A DNA stretch of 64,000 bases from a virus. The notes beneath the pieces were generated by a model. The model was not told the DNA's origin. It did no database searches and saw only the letters and a program-made list of their open reading frames with translations. The position numbers and the translations under genes are program-made. Within the stretch, counting starts at the first letter, position 1; the number at the start of each line of letters is the position of its first letter. Positions 9,132 to 19,396 of the stretch are shown here, piece after piece. The stretch lies in the IMG/VR virus record IMGVR_UViG_3300045988_113151, one strand, 5' to 3'.

Positions 9132-9687
9132 AAGCTATTTCATTATTTATATCTTGTTCCATACTAAATTGCATTTCTTCTTCAGTAACTTCCCACTCTC
9201 GTTGAGTGAGCCATTTCCACATTGTTTTCATATATCCTATTTTACCAGTTATCATCTTATTATCAATTTCAAACTGAAGACATTTGATTAAATGTTCATG
9301 CATTGCTCTAGATTTTCCGACAATCCTATTGTATTCCTTTCTACATTTGTTAATATTAGAACGTAGGAATCCTTTAGTACCATCAGGTCTAGTAACATAC
9401 ACTGGAAATACTTCATAGAATTCATCAAACCAAGATTTATCTTGTTTAAGACGTTTTCTTGTATCTTCTGAAATACTATAAATTTTACTATCACCAGAAG
9501 TTATAACTGTGATAATGTTACTGTCGACTAACTCTTGAATTTCGTTCTCACTAATTCGGCTGAGAAATTGGTGAATGTCTTGATTATTACTTTGATTCTC
9601 ATTCAAAACAAGAGTTAGAAATACTAATTGATTAATTGACATTTTTCCATAAATGTCGAATAACGATGTATCTAATTCTAGTATCAT
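9112..9687 (-). CDS. hypothetical protein (possible helicase loader or replication organiser by position)
   Basis: ORF track; it overlaps the helicase gene start. Confidence 0.5.
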   Translation of the reverse strand: MILELDTSLFDIYGKMSINQLVFLTLVLNENQSNNQDIHQFLSRISENEIQELVDSNIITVITSGDSKIYSISEDTRKRLKQDKSWFDEFYEVFPVYVTRPDGTKGFLRSNINKCRKEYNRIVGKSRAMHEHLIKCLQFEIDNKMITGKIGYMKTMWKWLTQREWEVTEEEMQFSMEQDINNEIAYGANII

Positions 9688-9736
9688 AATATAGTTTTAT
9701 TTTTATGAGCTAGCTGATATCATCTGAAAATATTTG

Positions 9737-11746
9737 TTAAAATAAGCTCAACTGTTTAGGTTCAAGCTCTTCTATTATCTTAAGGCACTCTTTTAAATAG
9801 TACCGATAATTAATCTTTCTTTCTTCTATAGGTTTGTTATCAAATTTGTTTAATATAGTAATACCAGATGCCGTTAATAGATTAGTAAAATTAGTTCTTC
9901 TACCTTCAGAATCTACTAAACATTTATATAAATAAGGACCATTAGTAGATGCATAAAACCTATTTATACGTTGTATAAGGTTATTATTATATTCTACAGA
10001 GAACTTCTTATCTACTTTCTGGTAAGTGAGAAACTTATTAATATCTTTACAATTATAAATAGTATCTCTTACTGGTATATTATCAACAAAATAATCTCTA
10101 ATTGCTTCAGGAATTATCTTAGGAGACATACCTTTGCCGAGTAATACTTTAGTAATAAACATACCTTTTTCTTTTATATAATCATCTTTAATTGCATCTA
10201 AAGATGTATAAGGTTTGCCTTTTTTATTTAAAGCTTTTTCAGGATTTGTTTTAAATAGTTTCTTCATTTCCTGATATCCTTCAGATACTGCTATATAATC
10301 ATTAATAGCATACTGATACATAGCTTCAAAACGGTCTTCTTCTAATACAAGTTTAGTTTGTTGTTCCCAACTTCTACATATTTCTTGTACTTTACTATAA
10401 TAATCTTTTTTAAGTAATACAAATAGACCATCTGTGTTAGCTTGTACTATTCTACAACCTATATCTGTTAATGATTCAGCTAACATAAGTAATAACAGCT
10501 GACCATTAATTCGGATTTGCATAACTGCAAATGGACTATAACAAAAGTTATGTTCATTTTGTAAGTTACCACTTAATCCATTTAAAGCTAATTTTAAGGT
10601 TTCGTTTTTAACTTTATTACCTGTATGTTTAGCTTCAATTCGTTCGTTCTTAATCTGTGAATATACTTCTAAGAACTCTGGACCTAAATGTTTAGGATAA
10701 AACTTATATTCTATTAGCATACTAGGATATAGAGATGCAACGTCAATGTCTATTAACATTTCATCTTCCTTAGGAATAATTATTTCTGGATTATTTACAG
10801 AATGTATTCCTCCAACTCCTACTGAATATCTTAAACCTCTAAATACAAACTTATTTTCGTATCCTTTTCTTCCTGGAGAAACTATTTGTTTCTTCATATC
10901 AGATAATACATTTTTTAGTATAGGATCTCTATATTCAATAAAAGGTAATATTACTTCATTTAGTGCTATAACATCTGCTGGACTTCTTAAATCTTTAATA
11001 TCCCACCAAGTTAAACCTGTTTTTTCGAGATACTTTTGAGTTAAGATTTTCATGCCAATATTTACACCATCTTTACTTAATACTCTTACTCCATATTCAT
11101 CTTCAATTGCTATTCTTAATTCAACTTTATCTTTACATTTATTTAGTAATGCTTCAGTTGAATCTACATCATTTATATTATATTCAATCATTTCATCAAT
11201 TAAATCTGTATCTAGAGGTTTTGTCCAATCATGAGCAAACTCTAATACATTTTTGTATTGCATAGTTACTTGTATTTCTTTTAGACCTACACGTAACTTT
11301 TGAGAATATAACATAGTAAGAATATCAAATGTTTCAAAATTAACAGCATATTTCCACCTTTTCCAAGCAGATATATCGTCAGAAGTAGTTATAATTTTAC
11401 TTAGGTTATATAAACTATCACAAATTCTTAGATAGTTCATATTAATCATTTTATCGTAATAACTTATTATATAATTTATAATAGCATTATCATAATGAAG
11501 ATTATTATACCCAGCAAATATTTTATTAGTATTAAATTGTATATCTGTAGTATATATATCATTCCAACTATAAGAATTATTTCTTATAGTATAGAAGAAA
11601 TCTACAAGTTGTCTTAACTCATTTTTTCTACATGATATTTCAAATTTATAATATTGTCCAGTTTCTGTATTTTTAGCAGTACAATGAAACACATTTTGGA
11701 AGACTTCGATATCATATACATATACTGTTTTTCCTCTTATCTTCAT
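9737..11746 (-). CDS. family B DNA polymerase
   Basis: Exo motifs YVYDIEV, YNNLHYDN and YNINDVDST. Polymerase motifs DVASLYPS, KLALNGLSGN and QANTDGLFV. The start is set at MKIRGK (11746) because the longer ORF-track start overlaps the tRNA. Confidence 0.9.
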   Translation of the reverse strand: MKIRGKTVYVYDIEVFQNVFHCTAKNTETGQYYKFEISCRKNELRQLVDFFYTIRNNSYSWNDIYTTDIQFNTNKIFAGYNNLHYDNAIINYIISYYDKMINMNYLRICDSLYNLSKIITTSDDISAWKRWKYAVNFETFDILTMLYSQKLRVGLKEIQVTMQYKNVLEFAHDWTKPLDTDLIDEMIEYNINDVDSTEALLNKCKDKVELRIAIEDEYGVRVLSKDGVNIGMKILTQKYLEKTGLTWWDIKDLRSPADVIALNEVILPFIEYRDPILKNVLSDMKKQIVSPGRKGYENKFVFRGLRYSVGVGGIHSVNNPEIIIPKEDEMLIDIDVASLYPSMLIEYKFYPKHLGPEFLEVYSQIKNERIEAKHTGNKVKNETLKLALNGLSGNLQNEHNFCYSPFAVMQIRINGQLLLLMLAESLTDIGCRIVQANTDGLFVLLKKDYYSKVQEICRSWEQQTKLVLEEDRFEAMYQYAINDYIAVSEGYQEMKKLFKTNPEKALNKKGKPYTSLDAIKDDYIKEKGMFITKVLLGKGMSPKIIPEAIRDYFVDNIPVRDTIYNCKDINKFLTYQKVDKKFSVEYNNNLIQRINRFYASTNGPYLYKCLVDSEGRRTNFTNLLTASGITILNKFDNKPIEERKINYRYYLKECLKIIEELEPKQLSLF

Positions 11747-11763
11747 AAAATATAGTTTTATAG

Positions 11764-11837
11764 TGATTCTATTGCGATTCGAACGCAAAACCTACACTTT
11801 AGAAGAGTGTTGCTCTATCCAATTGAGCTATAGAATC
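11764..11837 (-). tRNA. tRNA-Arg (anticodon UCU)
   Basis: Minus strand: GATTCTA-TA-GCTC-AATTGGATA-GAGC-A-ACACT-CTTCTAA-AGTGT-AGGTT-TTGCG-TTCGAAT-CGCAA-TAGAATC-A. This is a complete cloverleaf with no encoded CCA. Confidence 0.85.
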
Positions 11838-11875
11838 AAGTGAGGCATTAAAATTTATGCCTCGTATAAATTATT

Positions 11876-12880
11876 TTAAACTGCTTCTGCTGTGTAATAG
11901 TCAGGATATAAATTCTTAAGTTCTTTAAGTTTTATTTCATAATCTTTTGATGAAGCAGTCCATCCAGTACATATTCGCAATAGTTGATCTGTAGCATTAT
12001 CATAAATATTAATGCTAATAAAATCTTCTATTTTATCTACTAACTTAGCAGATAAAGCTGTTAATGAATCATGCAAATATGCTAAGGTTTTATTAGAATA
12101 ATTCTTAACAAATACTACTGGTTTATGTTCTGAGTTAAATTTTCTGAACTCTAAACGATACTTAAATCTAGCTAGTTTCTTTTCTCGTATCGCTTTTATC
12201 AGTTTTTGTATTTTAGTTTCATGTGCAGATTCTTCTGCTGCATGCTTTAAATAGTTATTAGCTTTACCGTATTCTTCACTGTTCGAGACTAAATCTTTAC
12301 GCCATAAACTAAATTCTCGGCTATCTAATTTACTGAGTTTTAGTAATTTAGCAGAATCTCTTCTTTTCTTATTTTCAGATTGAATATTCATTTTATCAGC
12401 CTCATTTATAGCTGATTTTAAATATCGGATATCTTTTACTTTTGATATATTATTTTTAGTAGCAAAAGAAATATCTTTTAGTGTTGGCTGTCTTCTTATA
12501 GTTTTACTATAAGTTTTATTTTCAGTGTTAAAGTTAATAGTATAAGTAATTTTCTGATTAGCTAACGCAGCTTTTGCAGCTTTAGCTACAGTATTCCATT
12601 CAAAAACGATATCTGTCTTTGCTCCTTTACTTGGATTAGGTTTTGTAGTAACTATTTTAATTTTCTTATCAATAGTTTCTTCTTCTATTTCGTATAGTTC
12701 TTCTAATTTCTTATTCTTCTCCATCAAGGCATTTATCTTGCGATTACGATTTTCTGAATATCGTTTCATCTTTGCCTCATATCTTTCTAGAGGAGTTTTT
12801 ACTGCTTTTTCCTGAATTACGAAATATTTTTCACCTGTTTCTTTATTTCTTTTATTTAATTTGATAGTATATTTTTCCAT
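11876..12880 (-). CDS. hypothetical protein (Lys-rich, 334 aa)
   Basis: ORF track. Confidence 0.6.
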   Translation of the reverse strand: MEKYTIKLNKRNKETGEKYFVIQEKAVKTPLERYEAKMKRYSENRNRKINALMEKNKKLEELYEIEEETIDKKIKIVTTKPNPSKGAKTDIVFEWNTVAKAAKAALANQKITYTINFNTENKTYSKTIRRQPTLKDISFATKNNISKVKDIRYLKSAINEADKMNIQSENKKRRDSAKLLKLSKLDSREFSLWRKDLVSNSEEYGKANNYLKHAAEESAHETKIQKLIKAIREKKLARFKYRLEFRKFNSEHKPVVFVKNYSNKTLAYLHDSLTALSAKLVDKIEDFISINIYDNATDQLLRICTGWTASSKDYEIKLKELKNLYPDYYTAEAV

Positions 12881-12900
12881 ATTGATTACGAATTTTAATT

Positions 12901-12941
12901 AATAAAAAAGTAGTTAGTAAGTAATATACCTACTAACTACT
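12901..12941 (-). terminator. intrinsic terminator-like hairpin
   Basis: A 15-bp stem with one mismatch (agtagttagtaagta / tacctactaactact) and a 3-nt loop. On the minus strand it is followed by CTTTTTTATT. Confidence 0.5.
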
Positions 12942-12976
12942 AACTACTAAAAATAAACACACAACAATAAAAACAA

Positions 12977-13483
12977 CTAAGCTGCCAAGCTTAAAGGAGC
13001 GATAGTATCATCAAACTCCGTTTCGTTATTAAACTTTTCAAGTTTATTGTTCAATTCAATTATTTGTAAATCTAGTTCTTTAATACGTGCAAATTTCCAG
13101 TTAGAAGTAAAAATTTCTGTACGATTTAAATTTTTCTTACCTTTCTTTGCTTTAAGAACAGGATTTAATGTTCGAAAACTATTTGAACTAATTTTATTAC
13201 GAATTTCTTTTAGCTCACATAGACGAAAAATGTCTAACTGATTACAATCTTTCGGTAAATCACTTAGTTTCTTAAGTCCCATATTAATAGCAAGTAACTT
13301 AAGTTTAATCAATGCACGCTTTTCAGCAAGCATTTTGATTTCTTCAAATAAAACTTTTAGGTCATATTTACGCATATAGTTTTTATTTACTACATTTTCT
13401 GCATAAATAATGTCCCAATATTGTTTTAACTGATATGATATATTATTACGTTCTTCTATAAAATTCTTTGATTTCTTTGTCAT
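12977..13483 (-). CDS. hypothetical protein (ends ..PLSLAA, TAG stop)
   Basis: ORF track. Confidence 0.6.
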   Translation of the reverse strand: MTKKSKNFIEERNNISYQLKQYWDIIYAENVVNKNYMRKYDLKVLFEEIKMLAEKRALIKLKLLAINMGLKKLSDLPKDCNQLDIFRLCELKEIRNKISSNSFRTLNPVLKAKKGKKNLNRTEIFTSNWKFARIKELDLQIIELNNKLEKFNNETEFDDTIAPLSLAA

Positions 13484-13770
13484 ATATTTTGAGTTTTAAT
13501 TGATTAGTACTAAAGTTATATAACATATTAGAAATCGTTTACCTGTGCCGTGGTATCCATATTGAAATGGCAGCATAGTTCTTATTCTCCTAGCTTTCCA
13601 GTTATTCCCTATCAGTTACGGTAGGATTATTACCACGATAATAATAACTAGAGACCCATCATCTCTAGTTATTAGAAATTATTTTTGTTTGACTTTCGTC
13701 GAATTTTCAATCTAAGGTTTAAAGTTCCATCAACATATACTTAAATTAAAAATTGGTTTATAAAGAAATA

Positions 13771-14316
13771 TTATGGTTTCCGTACTAGTATTTCCACATC
13801 TCCTATTACTTCACCACTATTTAATATAACAGATGCTTGTTTTTGTGAAAAAGCAATTGTTTCAAGACCTTCATTTTTTCTAGTAGGTCTAGAACTAGAC
13901 ATATTTATATATTGGCTAGTATATTCTCCATCCATATTACCGCCATATCTTAGAACATCAAAAAGCATATCAATTACATATTCATAGTTATTATTCCGAA
14001 CAGCTTTATCCATAAAATCCTTAGTCATCCCATCAAACACAGGATTAGAATAATTACCATTTGGAACTGATATAACATCCATAATTGTTAATGCTAAATC
14101 ACGAAAACTTATATCTTTATAGTCACTAAACCATAAGCATAACCATTTAAATCGCCGTCTTTTAGTATAGAAACGAACTGATCCATCATCATGAATTTCT
14201 ATACTACCAACAACCTTATCACCCATCGTGATATGTTTATAGACATACTTATTATTTAGTATAAAACGTAATAAGTCTTTATGAACTTCACTAATTTTTA
14301 CTTCTGTGTTGTTCAT
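13771..14316 (-). CDS. hypothetical protein
   Basis: ORF track. Confidence 0.6.
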   Translation of the reverse strand: MNNTEVKISEVHKDLLRFILNNKYVYKHITMGDKVVGSIEIHDDGSVRFYTKRRRFKWLCLWFSDYKDISFRDLALTIMDVISVPNGNYSNPVFDGMTKDFMDKAVRNNNYEYVIDMLFDVLRYGGNMDGEYTSQYINMSSSRPTRKNEGLETIAFSQKQASVILNSGEVIGDVEILVRKP

Positions 14317-14327
14317 TTTTATTTATA

Positions 14328-14888
14328 TTAAAGTCCATATTGACGATAATATTCGTCACAGCTCTGCTGCTGACCTTTAATAAGTTCTTTAAGCATAGTC
14401 ATCTGTGCTAAGAAATCATTAGCAAGTGCCTCTGCCTTCTCTGCTTCCTGTTTGTTACGGAAATTAGCTTCATCTGTCAATCGTTTCCGATCGGCAAAGA
14501 ATAGCGGAGTCTGATTATTCTTAGCTCGAATACATGCTTCTTCAATTGCCGAATTATCTGTTGCTTCTGCAAAGAATTTCGGTTCTTGAACAATCTTAGC
14601 CCGTAATTCTGGCTTTTCGTTGAACTCAATGAAAATCTCATCATTAATAACAAGAAGTCGTTGAGATGACACAAGAACAGTGTTAACCATATATTTTAAT
14701 AGTGGTTCTACTAACCGTGGATGTTGATTAGTAAGTTCCTTCTCACGATGAGAAAGATCAACATTGTCAACTTGCAAATAACAGATAGTCTTACCTAAAA
14801 GGCTACCCATATTACTTACTACCTTACGAGCATCCCGTAAGCGTGCTTCAATTTTCTGTTCGTTTCCTTGATTATAATTATTTTCCAT
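14328..14888 (-). CDS. hypothetical protein
   Basis: ORF track. Confidence 0.6.
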   Translation of the reverse strand: MENNYNQGNEQKIEARLRDARKVVSNMGSLLGKTICYLQVDNVDLSHREKELTNQHPRLVEPLLKYMVNTVLVSSQRLLVINDEIFIEFNEKPELRAKIVQEPKFFAEATDNSAIEEACIRAKNNQTPLFFADRKRLTDEANFRNKQEAEKAEALANDFLAQMTMLKELIKGQQQSCDEYYRQYGL

Positions 14889-16938
14889 TTTGATAAAATT
14901 TTTATTTAATTGCAGAACCCATCGTTCCTAAGTAACACACTAGCAGTTCTCTTAATTCAGTATAATTAATAGGCGTCTTATATCCTATCGCTTTTAAAAA
15001 GCTTAGAAATAATTATAGTAAATCTCTAATTCAATAGATACTATACATATTACCATTATAAAAAATCTGATACAGTATGATAAAACTCGACATTTAATTC
15101 TTATTTACCTTCACTGATACTATTCTGATAACTTCTGCAATTAAGGTTGTTTGAAATTATTTGTTAATTCTCTGATATTTATTATCGTAGTTATATTCTA
15201 GAGCTCTTGGTAGAGGTGCATACAACAGGGACTCTAATGGTAAGAGATATATACCCCGTAAGATAATTGGTTTAGCTGATTATTTAAAGAGCCTAACAGT
15301 AAATACCTAAAAACGTGCTCTACTCATTTTTATCCATTCGTCAGTTGAGTGCTGGGTTTCTGATACTGTATATTATATCTACCGAGACAGGGTAGACCTT
15401 TTGTCGACATCAGCGCTGCCGGTTTTGTTATGAGCTGTTTATGTTTCAAAACACCCACTCTATAGCCTTGTATTACTCACAGGCTGCGTGTACTTACGAC
15501 TTTGTTCTTATCCTGCACATAATTCTAGGATTTCCACCTATCATCCCTTAATGGAGGGAATCAGTGTCACTTTACATATATTGTTGCGCAATATACTTTA
15601 AGTGGTTCTAGTGTTAGCAATTATATTGTACAGTCGAGGGTGGCTCGATATAGCTTTTAACTATACACTATACTACCATTGGACTTCCTCATTGCTTTAG
15701 TTGAACATGTTAATAATCTCACAAAAAGAAACCCTTACATATTAGACTTACTATCTACATTTAGTGTCAGTAAAGTGTAGCTGCTAAAATGGGGAATGCA
15801 CAGATTATACTCCGATCTGCTTCGTCCTCTAGGTTAAAATATTTCACGACTTTCCTTACTGGTTGTAAGGCTCAATGTTTTTAAATATACAACGTTATCT
15901 CAATGTTGCCAACTCGAATTTGATCAGGGAGTTATTTCTCCACTAGCTTTAGATTTTCTGTTTATACTAATTACTTCTAATCTATGATATAGAGTTTTCT
16001 GGCTCTTCATCCCATATCTACTTTATTTCCTAGTGCAAAGCACTTTAGGTTTATACTCATCTAAGTAGCAACTGAGTTTAATTATAATATTACTTAGTCC
16101 ACACAATCCCATTAAACTGAGAATTATTTCTTGCAAAATACTTTAATTATACTTCCGATTAGTTATTAAATATAACATTACATATAGGCTTTATACCTAA
16201 TCCAGTTAATCTATATTATATCCATCTTACTTACAACGTAAGTTCTATATAATGATCATAGCTACTCAGCCAAAAGGCATGTAATTTACTACTCACTTAT
16301 CATATAATTAAATAGTGCTATAATATTTATAATTCTACCTTCATACATACTGCTTTAAACATTCTTTCTTTAATGCACACTTCCAATTTAAGCTTTCCAA
16401 AGGCACGTGTCAGTATGGAACACTATAGTAGTATTTTTAGTAACTTTATAGCTACAAGGAAGATTTGGAGTCTACCTAGAATGCTTAACGATTCTATAAA
16501 TACATATCTACTAAAGTTTGGAGCTTTAGTACTTTCTTTATCCTCGCACTTTGCGAGTTTGCGACTCGTGTAAGGTAACATTCCCTTTTGATATTCAGTT
16601 TGATAACTGGTATTCGAATGTATTAACGATACCTGGCATTGTTTAACTTCATAAATCTGCTGATTTAATCGTTGCGTCTTTAGTCACCAATCGGTTCTCA
16701 CTGAGGATGTGCCACGCTCTTCCTCTTTCTCGTCATTTCTTCAGTCTTAAACAGTAAATTCGACATGATCAAGTTATTATACCTTCGTTCACTCAATAAT
16801 AGTGGTAGCTATTATTCCAGCCTCTAGTATTATGTACTGTTAATGCTTACTTTACTCAATTTCAGCATTCCTCTTCCTATTTGAATAGGAGCGTCTAGGC
16901 GAAGCAATTACGTTGCTAACGAATGCAGTTTATAGCTC
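14889..16938. other. about 2.05-kb ORF-free island, candidate large structured RNA(s) or regulatory region
   Basis: Only one 66-aa ORF in six frames. Hand translation of 16621-16938 in two minus-strand frames shows frequent TAA, TGA and TAG. It is visibly more GC-rich than the flanking genes and has many local hairpins (ctaccGAGACAGggtag, tccctTAATGGaggga, tcgagGGTGGctcga). Confidence 0.5.
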
Positions 16939-17361
16939 TTATTTCGCGCTTTGCTGCTCTAGTTGCGCGTCAGTTTTATCTTCACTGATAATATTTACCT
17001 TACATGTGTTAAGGTCTAGAAATCCGACATAGTTAGTTCCTTTTACTAAGTCTATTGTTTTATGTTTGATATCATACGAAGATACAAACGAAATAGGGTC
17101 AAATACAGTAGCATCGAATTCATCTAATTTCTTAGATAGTTCTTCTACTCTATATTCTAACTTCTTAATAAGTAAACTAGATTGATTAAGTATCTCATTA
17201 ATTTGTTTGTTAAACTCATGAGATACTTTACCATCTTCTATGACAATTCTAGTAGCAGAAGAAGCTTTAGACAACTCTATTCTGCTGTTCTTTAAATTGC
17301 GAATAACTTCTGAAGTACGAAGCATGTGTTGAACGACTAGTCTATTTCTCGTCATCTTCAT
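16939..17361 (-). CDS. hypothetical protein
   Basis: ORF track. Confidence 0.55.
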   Translation of the reverse strand: MKMTRNRLVVQHMLRTSEVIRNLKNSRIELSKASSATRIVIEDGKVSHEFNKQINEILNQSSLLIKKLEYRVEELSKKLDEFDATVFDPISFVSSYDIKHKTIDLVKGTNYVGFLDLNTCKVNIISEDKTDAQLEQQSAK

Positions 17362-17752
17362 TATTATTCCAAATTAAAGGTTCTACATTATTTCGTATAA
17401 TTACCTTGTTCTCCAATACGAGAGGAGCAACACGATATGGCGCAGGTCGATTATCCACTACGACAGGCTTCTCAACTATACGCTCAATATACTTTTTAAT
17501 TGTTCGTATACTATCTTTCTTAACAATGTTTACATTAGCAGTAGCTGTACCTTCTACTGTAACTTCTTCATTCTTAAGGTCAATATTAATAGTAGATGGT
17601 AAGATTGTTTCAACAGGTCTTGGAACATCTACATAACGAGGGACAGGAGCCAGTTCTGCCTTTGGTGCAGTTTGTTTAAGTGCATCATAGCTAACAAAGC
17701 TTCCGAAAGTTAAGATACCTAGTATCATTAACATATTAATACGGTTATTCAT
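17342..17752 (-). CDS. hypothetical N-terminally membrane-anchored protein (TAG stop)
   Basis: Hydrophobic N-terminus MLMILGILTFGSFV. Confidence 0.55.
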   Translation of the reverse strand: MNNRINMLMILGILTFGSFVSYDALKQTAPKAELAPVPRYVDVPRPVETILPSTINIDLKNEEVTVEGTATANVNIVKKDSIRTIKKYIERIVEKPVVVDNRPAPYRVAPLVLENKVIIRNNVEPLIWNNNEDDEK

Positions 17753-17758
17753 ATTTGA

Positions 17759-19306
17759 TTATGCTTTAGAGTATGCAGATTCATCAATGTAATTTGCTAA
17801 TCGTTTTACAGGATCTTTATACAATCCAGCTATTTCAGTAAGTTTATTTTGAACTAGCTGAGTAGAATCTCCTAGGTTATACATATTATTAATTACAGAG
17901 AAAATCTTATCTCCTTTAATTTTATTTACAAAGTCTTTATTGTACTTACCTTCAATCATTCCTTCAATAGTTACTGGAATATTCTCTTCTTTATTAGCAA
18001 TCTTTTTGATTATTTCATCAGTAGATGATTTGCTTAGCATATCATTAAAGATTGTAACAGAGGCGTCCGCTCCAGTCTTTTCTGTAGCAAATTCTTCAGC
18101 ACTATTAGCAAGCATTACCTTAATAAAATCAGCAATCTGTTGTTCATTATATCCAAGACCTTCAAAGTCTTTATACAACAAACTGTGTGCAATATATGGA
18201 GAATTATTTCCAATCAGAGCACCAGATGCTTTACTCATTAAACCTTTCAAACAAAGTGTTTTTGTTTGATTAAACTTACTGTACATTAGAGCTAAAGTAG
18301 TAGTAGGATTATCAGATTTAACTTCAAATGCTTTATTTGCCCATTCAATAGCATCTTTAACATTCAAAGCCATCCGTTGTGTAGCGTTGATTTTAGTACC
18401 TTCTGCAATATTACTACGACTTAGAATTCCTCTAAGAGCGTTAAGCTTTTCTTCTTCAGTCAGCTTAGGATCTGCTTCAGGTATTTCAAACTTGGTTGCT
18501 TTAGCATCTGCTTTAGCAGCCTTTTTTACATCTTCAGGTACTGTTTCAAATTCAAGATTTAATTGTTTTCCGTCTTTAGTTGGTAAGGCTTTAACATCTA
18601 CTCCATACATATTTAAGAATTGATTCTTAATCTGTGGATATACATCTTTAGTTATAGTAATACCCTTAAGAATAGACTTACCTTCTTGTTCTAGTTGCAT
18701 TGCATATAACAAACACAACTGACACAATCCTCCACTATATACTTCCTTCATTGCGGCAACTTGTTCGCGAGGCAAGTCTTCGTCAGTATCAATATAAGTT
18801 TTACGGATTAGTGATAACAATTCTACTTGATGGTTTTCATCAATACGTTCCTTATTTGCAATCATAGCTACTCCACGTGTAATATCAATAGGTAGTTGTT
18901 TTTCGGTCTTTTCCTTGTTGATATCTACAGTCTCTGGAATAATAGTTTCAACTTTTTCTTCCTTTTTCTTTTCTTCCTTCTTCTGAGATTTCTCAGATTC
19001 AGGTTTTTTGTCTTCTTTTTTACCTCCTTCTTTTTCTGGTTTTACACTAGCCTTAGTTTCCTCAGGCTTCTTCTCCGTTTTCTTTTCTTCTTTAGAAGTA
19101 TTTTTAACTTCTTCTTTTGGTTTTTCTACAGGCTTCTTTTCCTGTTCTTTAGGTTTATTACTTGGTTGAACTTCTTCTTTCTTTTCAACCTTTTCAGTCT
19201 CTTTTTCTTTTGTAGGTTCTTCTACTTTTACAGTATTAACCTTATTTTCTTTAATCTTTGCTGCTAAGTTAGATTTGTTTTCTTTTCCTTTATTACGTTT
19301 TGACAT
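17759..19306 (-). CDS. hypothetical protein with Lys/Glu-rich N-terminal third
   Basis: ORF track; the plus-strand ORFs inside it are antisense shadows. Confidence 0.6.
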   Translation of the reverse strand: MSKRNKGKENKSNLAAKIKENKVNTVKVEEPTKEKETEKVEKKEEVQPSNKPKEQEKKPVEKPKEEVKNTSKEEKKTEKKPEETKASVKPEKEGGKKEDKKPESEKSQKKEEKKKEEKVETIIPETVDINKEKTEKQLPIDITRGVAMIANKERIDENHQVELLSLIRKTYIDTDEDLPREQVAAMKEVYSGGLCQLCLLYAMQLEQEGKSILKGITITKDVYPQIKNQFLNMYGVDVKALPTKDGKQLNLEFETVPEDVKKAAKADAKATKFEIPEADPKLTEEEKLNALRGILSRSNIAEGTKINATQRMALNVKDAIEWANKAFEVKSDNPTTTLALMYSKFNQTKTLCLKGLMSKASGALIGNNSPYIAHSLLYKDFEGLGYNEQQIADFIKVMLANSAEEFATEKTGADASVTIFNDMLSKSSTDEIIKKIANKEENIPVTIEGMIEGKYNKDFVNKIKGDKIFSVINNMYNLGDSTQLVQNKLTEIAGLYKDPVKRLANYIDESAYSKA

Positions 19307-19396
19307 TTTGATATGTTTACGACAGTCCTTTCTGCCTTTTAAGTTAAAAAATAAATTAATAATTTAATGGTTTAAAAACTTGATAGTAGAAGCATT

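Noticed and set aside
11764-11837. tRNA-Arg as a possible suppressor, because its loop CTTCTAA contains CTA.
   Set aside because: With the 5-bp stem ACACT/AGTGT the 7-nt loop places UCU at positions 34-36. CTA is offset by one and is not the anticodon.
15060-15375. The palindrome ATAC-W-GTAT (15068, 15361, also 24770) as an operator motif.
   Set aside because: Three occurrences of this AT-rich 9-mer are close to chance expectation for 64 kb.
16373-16573. The only ORF (66 aa) inside the 2-kb island.
   Set aside because: It is on the opposite strand to the whole arm, barely above the length cut-off, and without motif or upstream signal. It is expected by chance in 2 kb.
18896-19267. A 123-aa Phe/Leu-rich plus-strand ORF.
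   Set aside because: It is the reverse complement of the Lys/Glu-rich (AAG/GAA) N-terminal region of 17759-19306, a classic antisense artefact.
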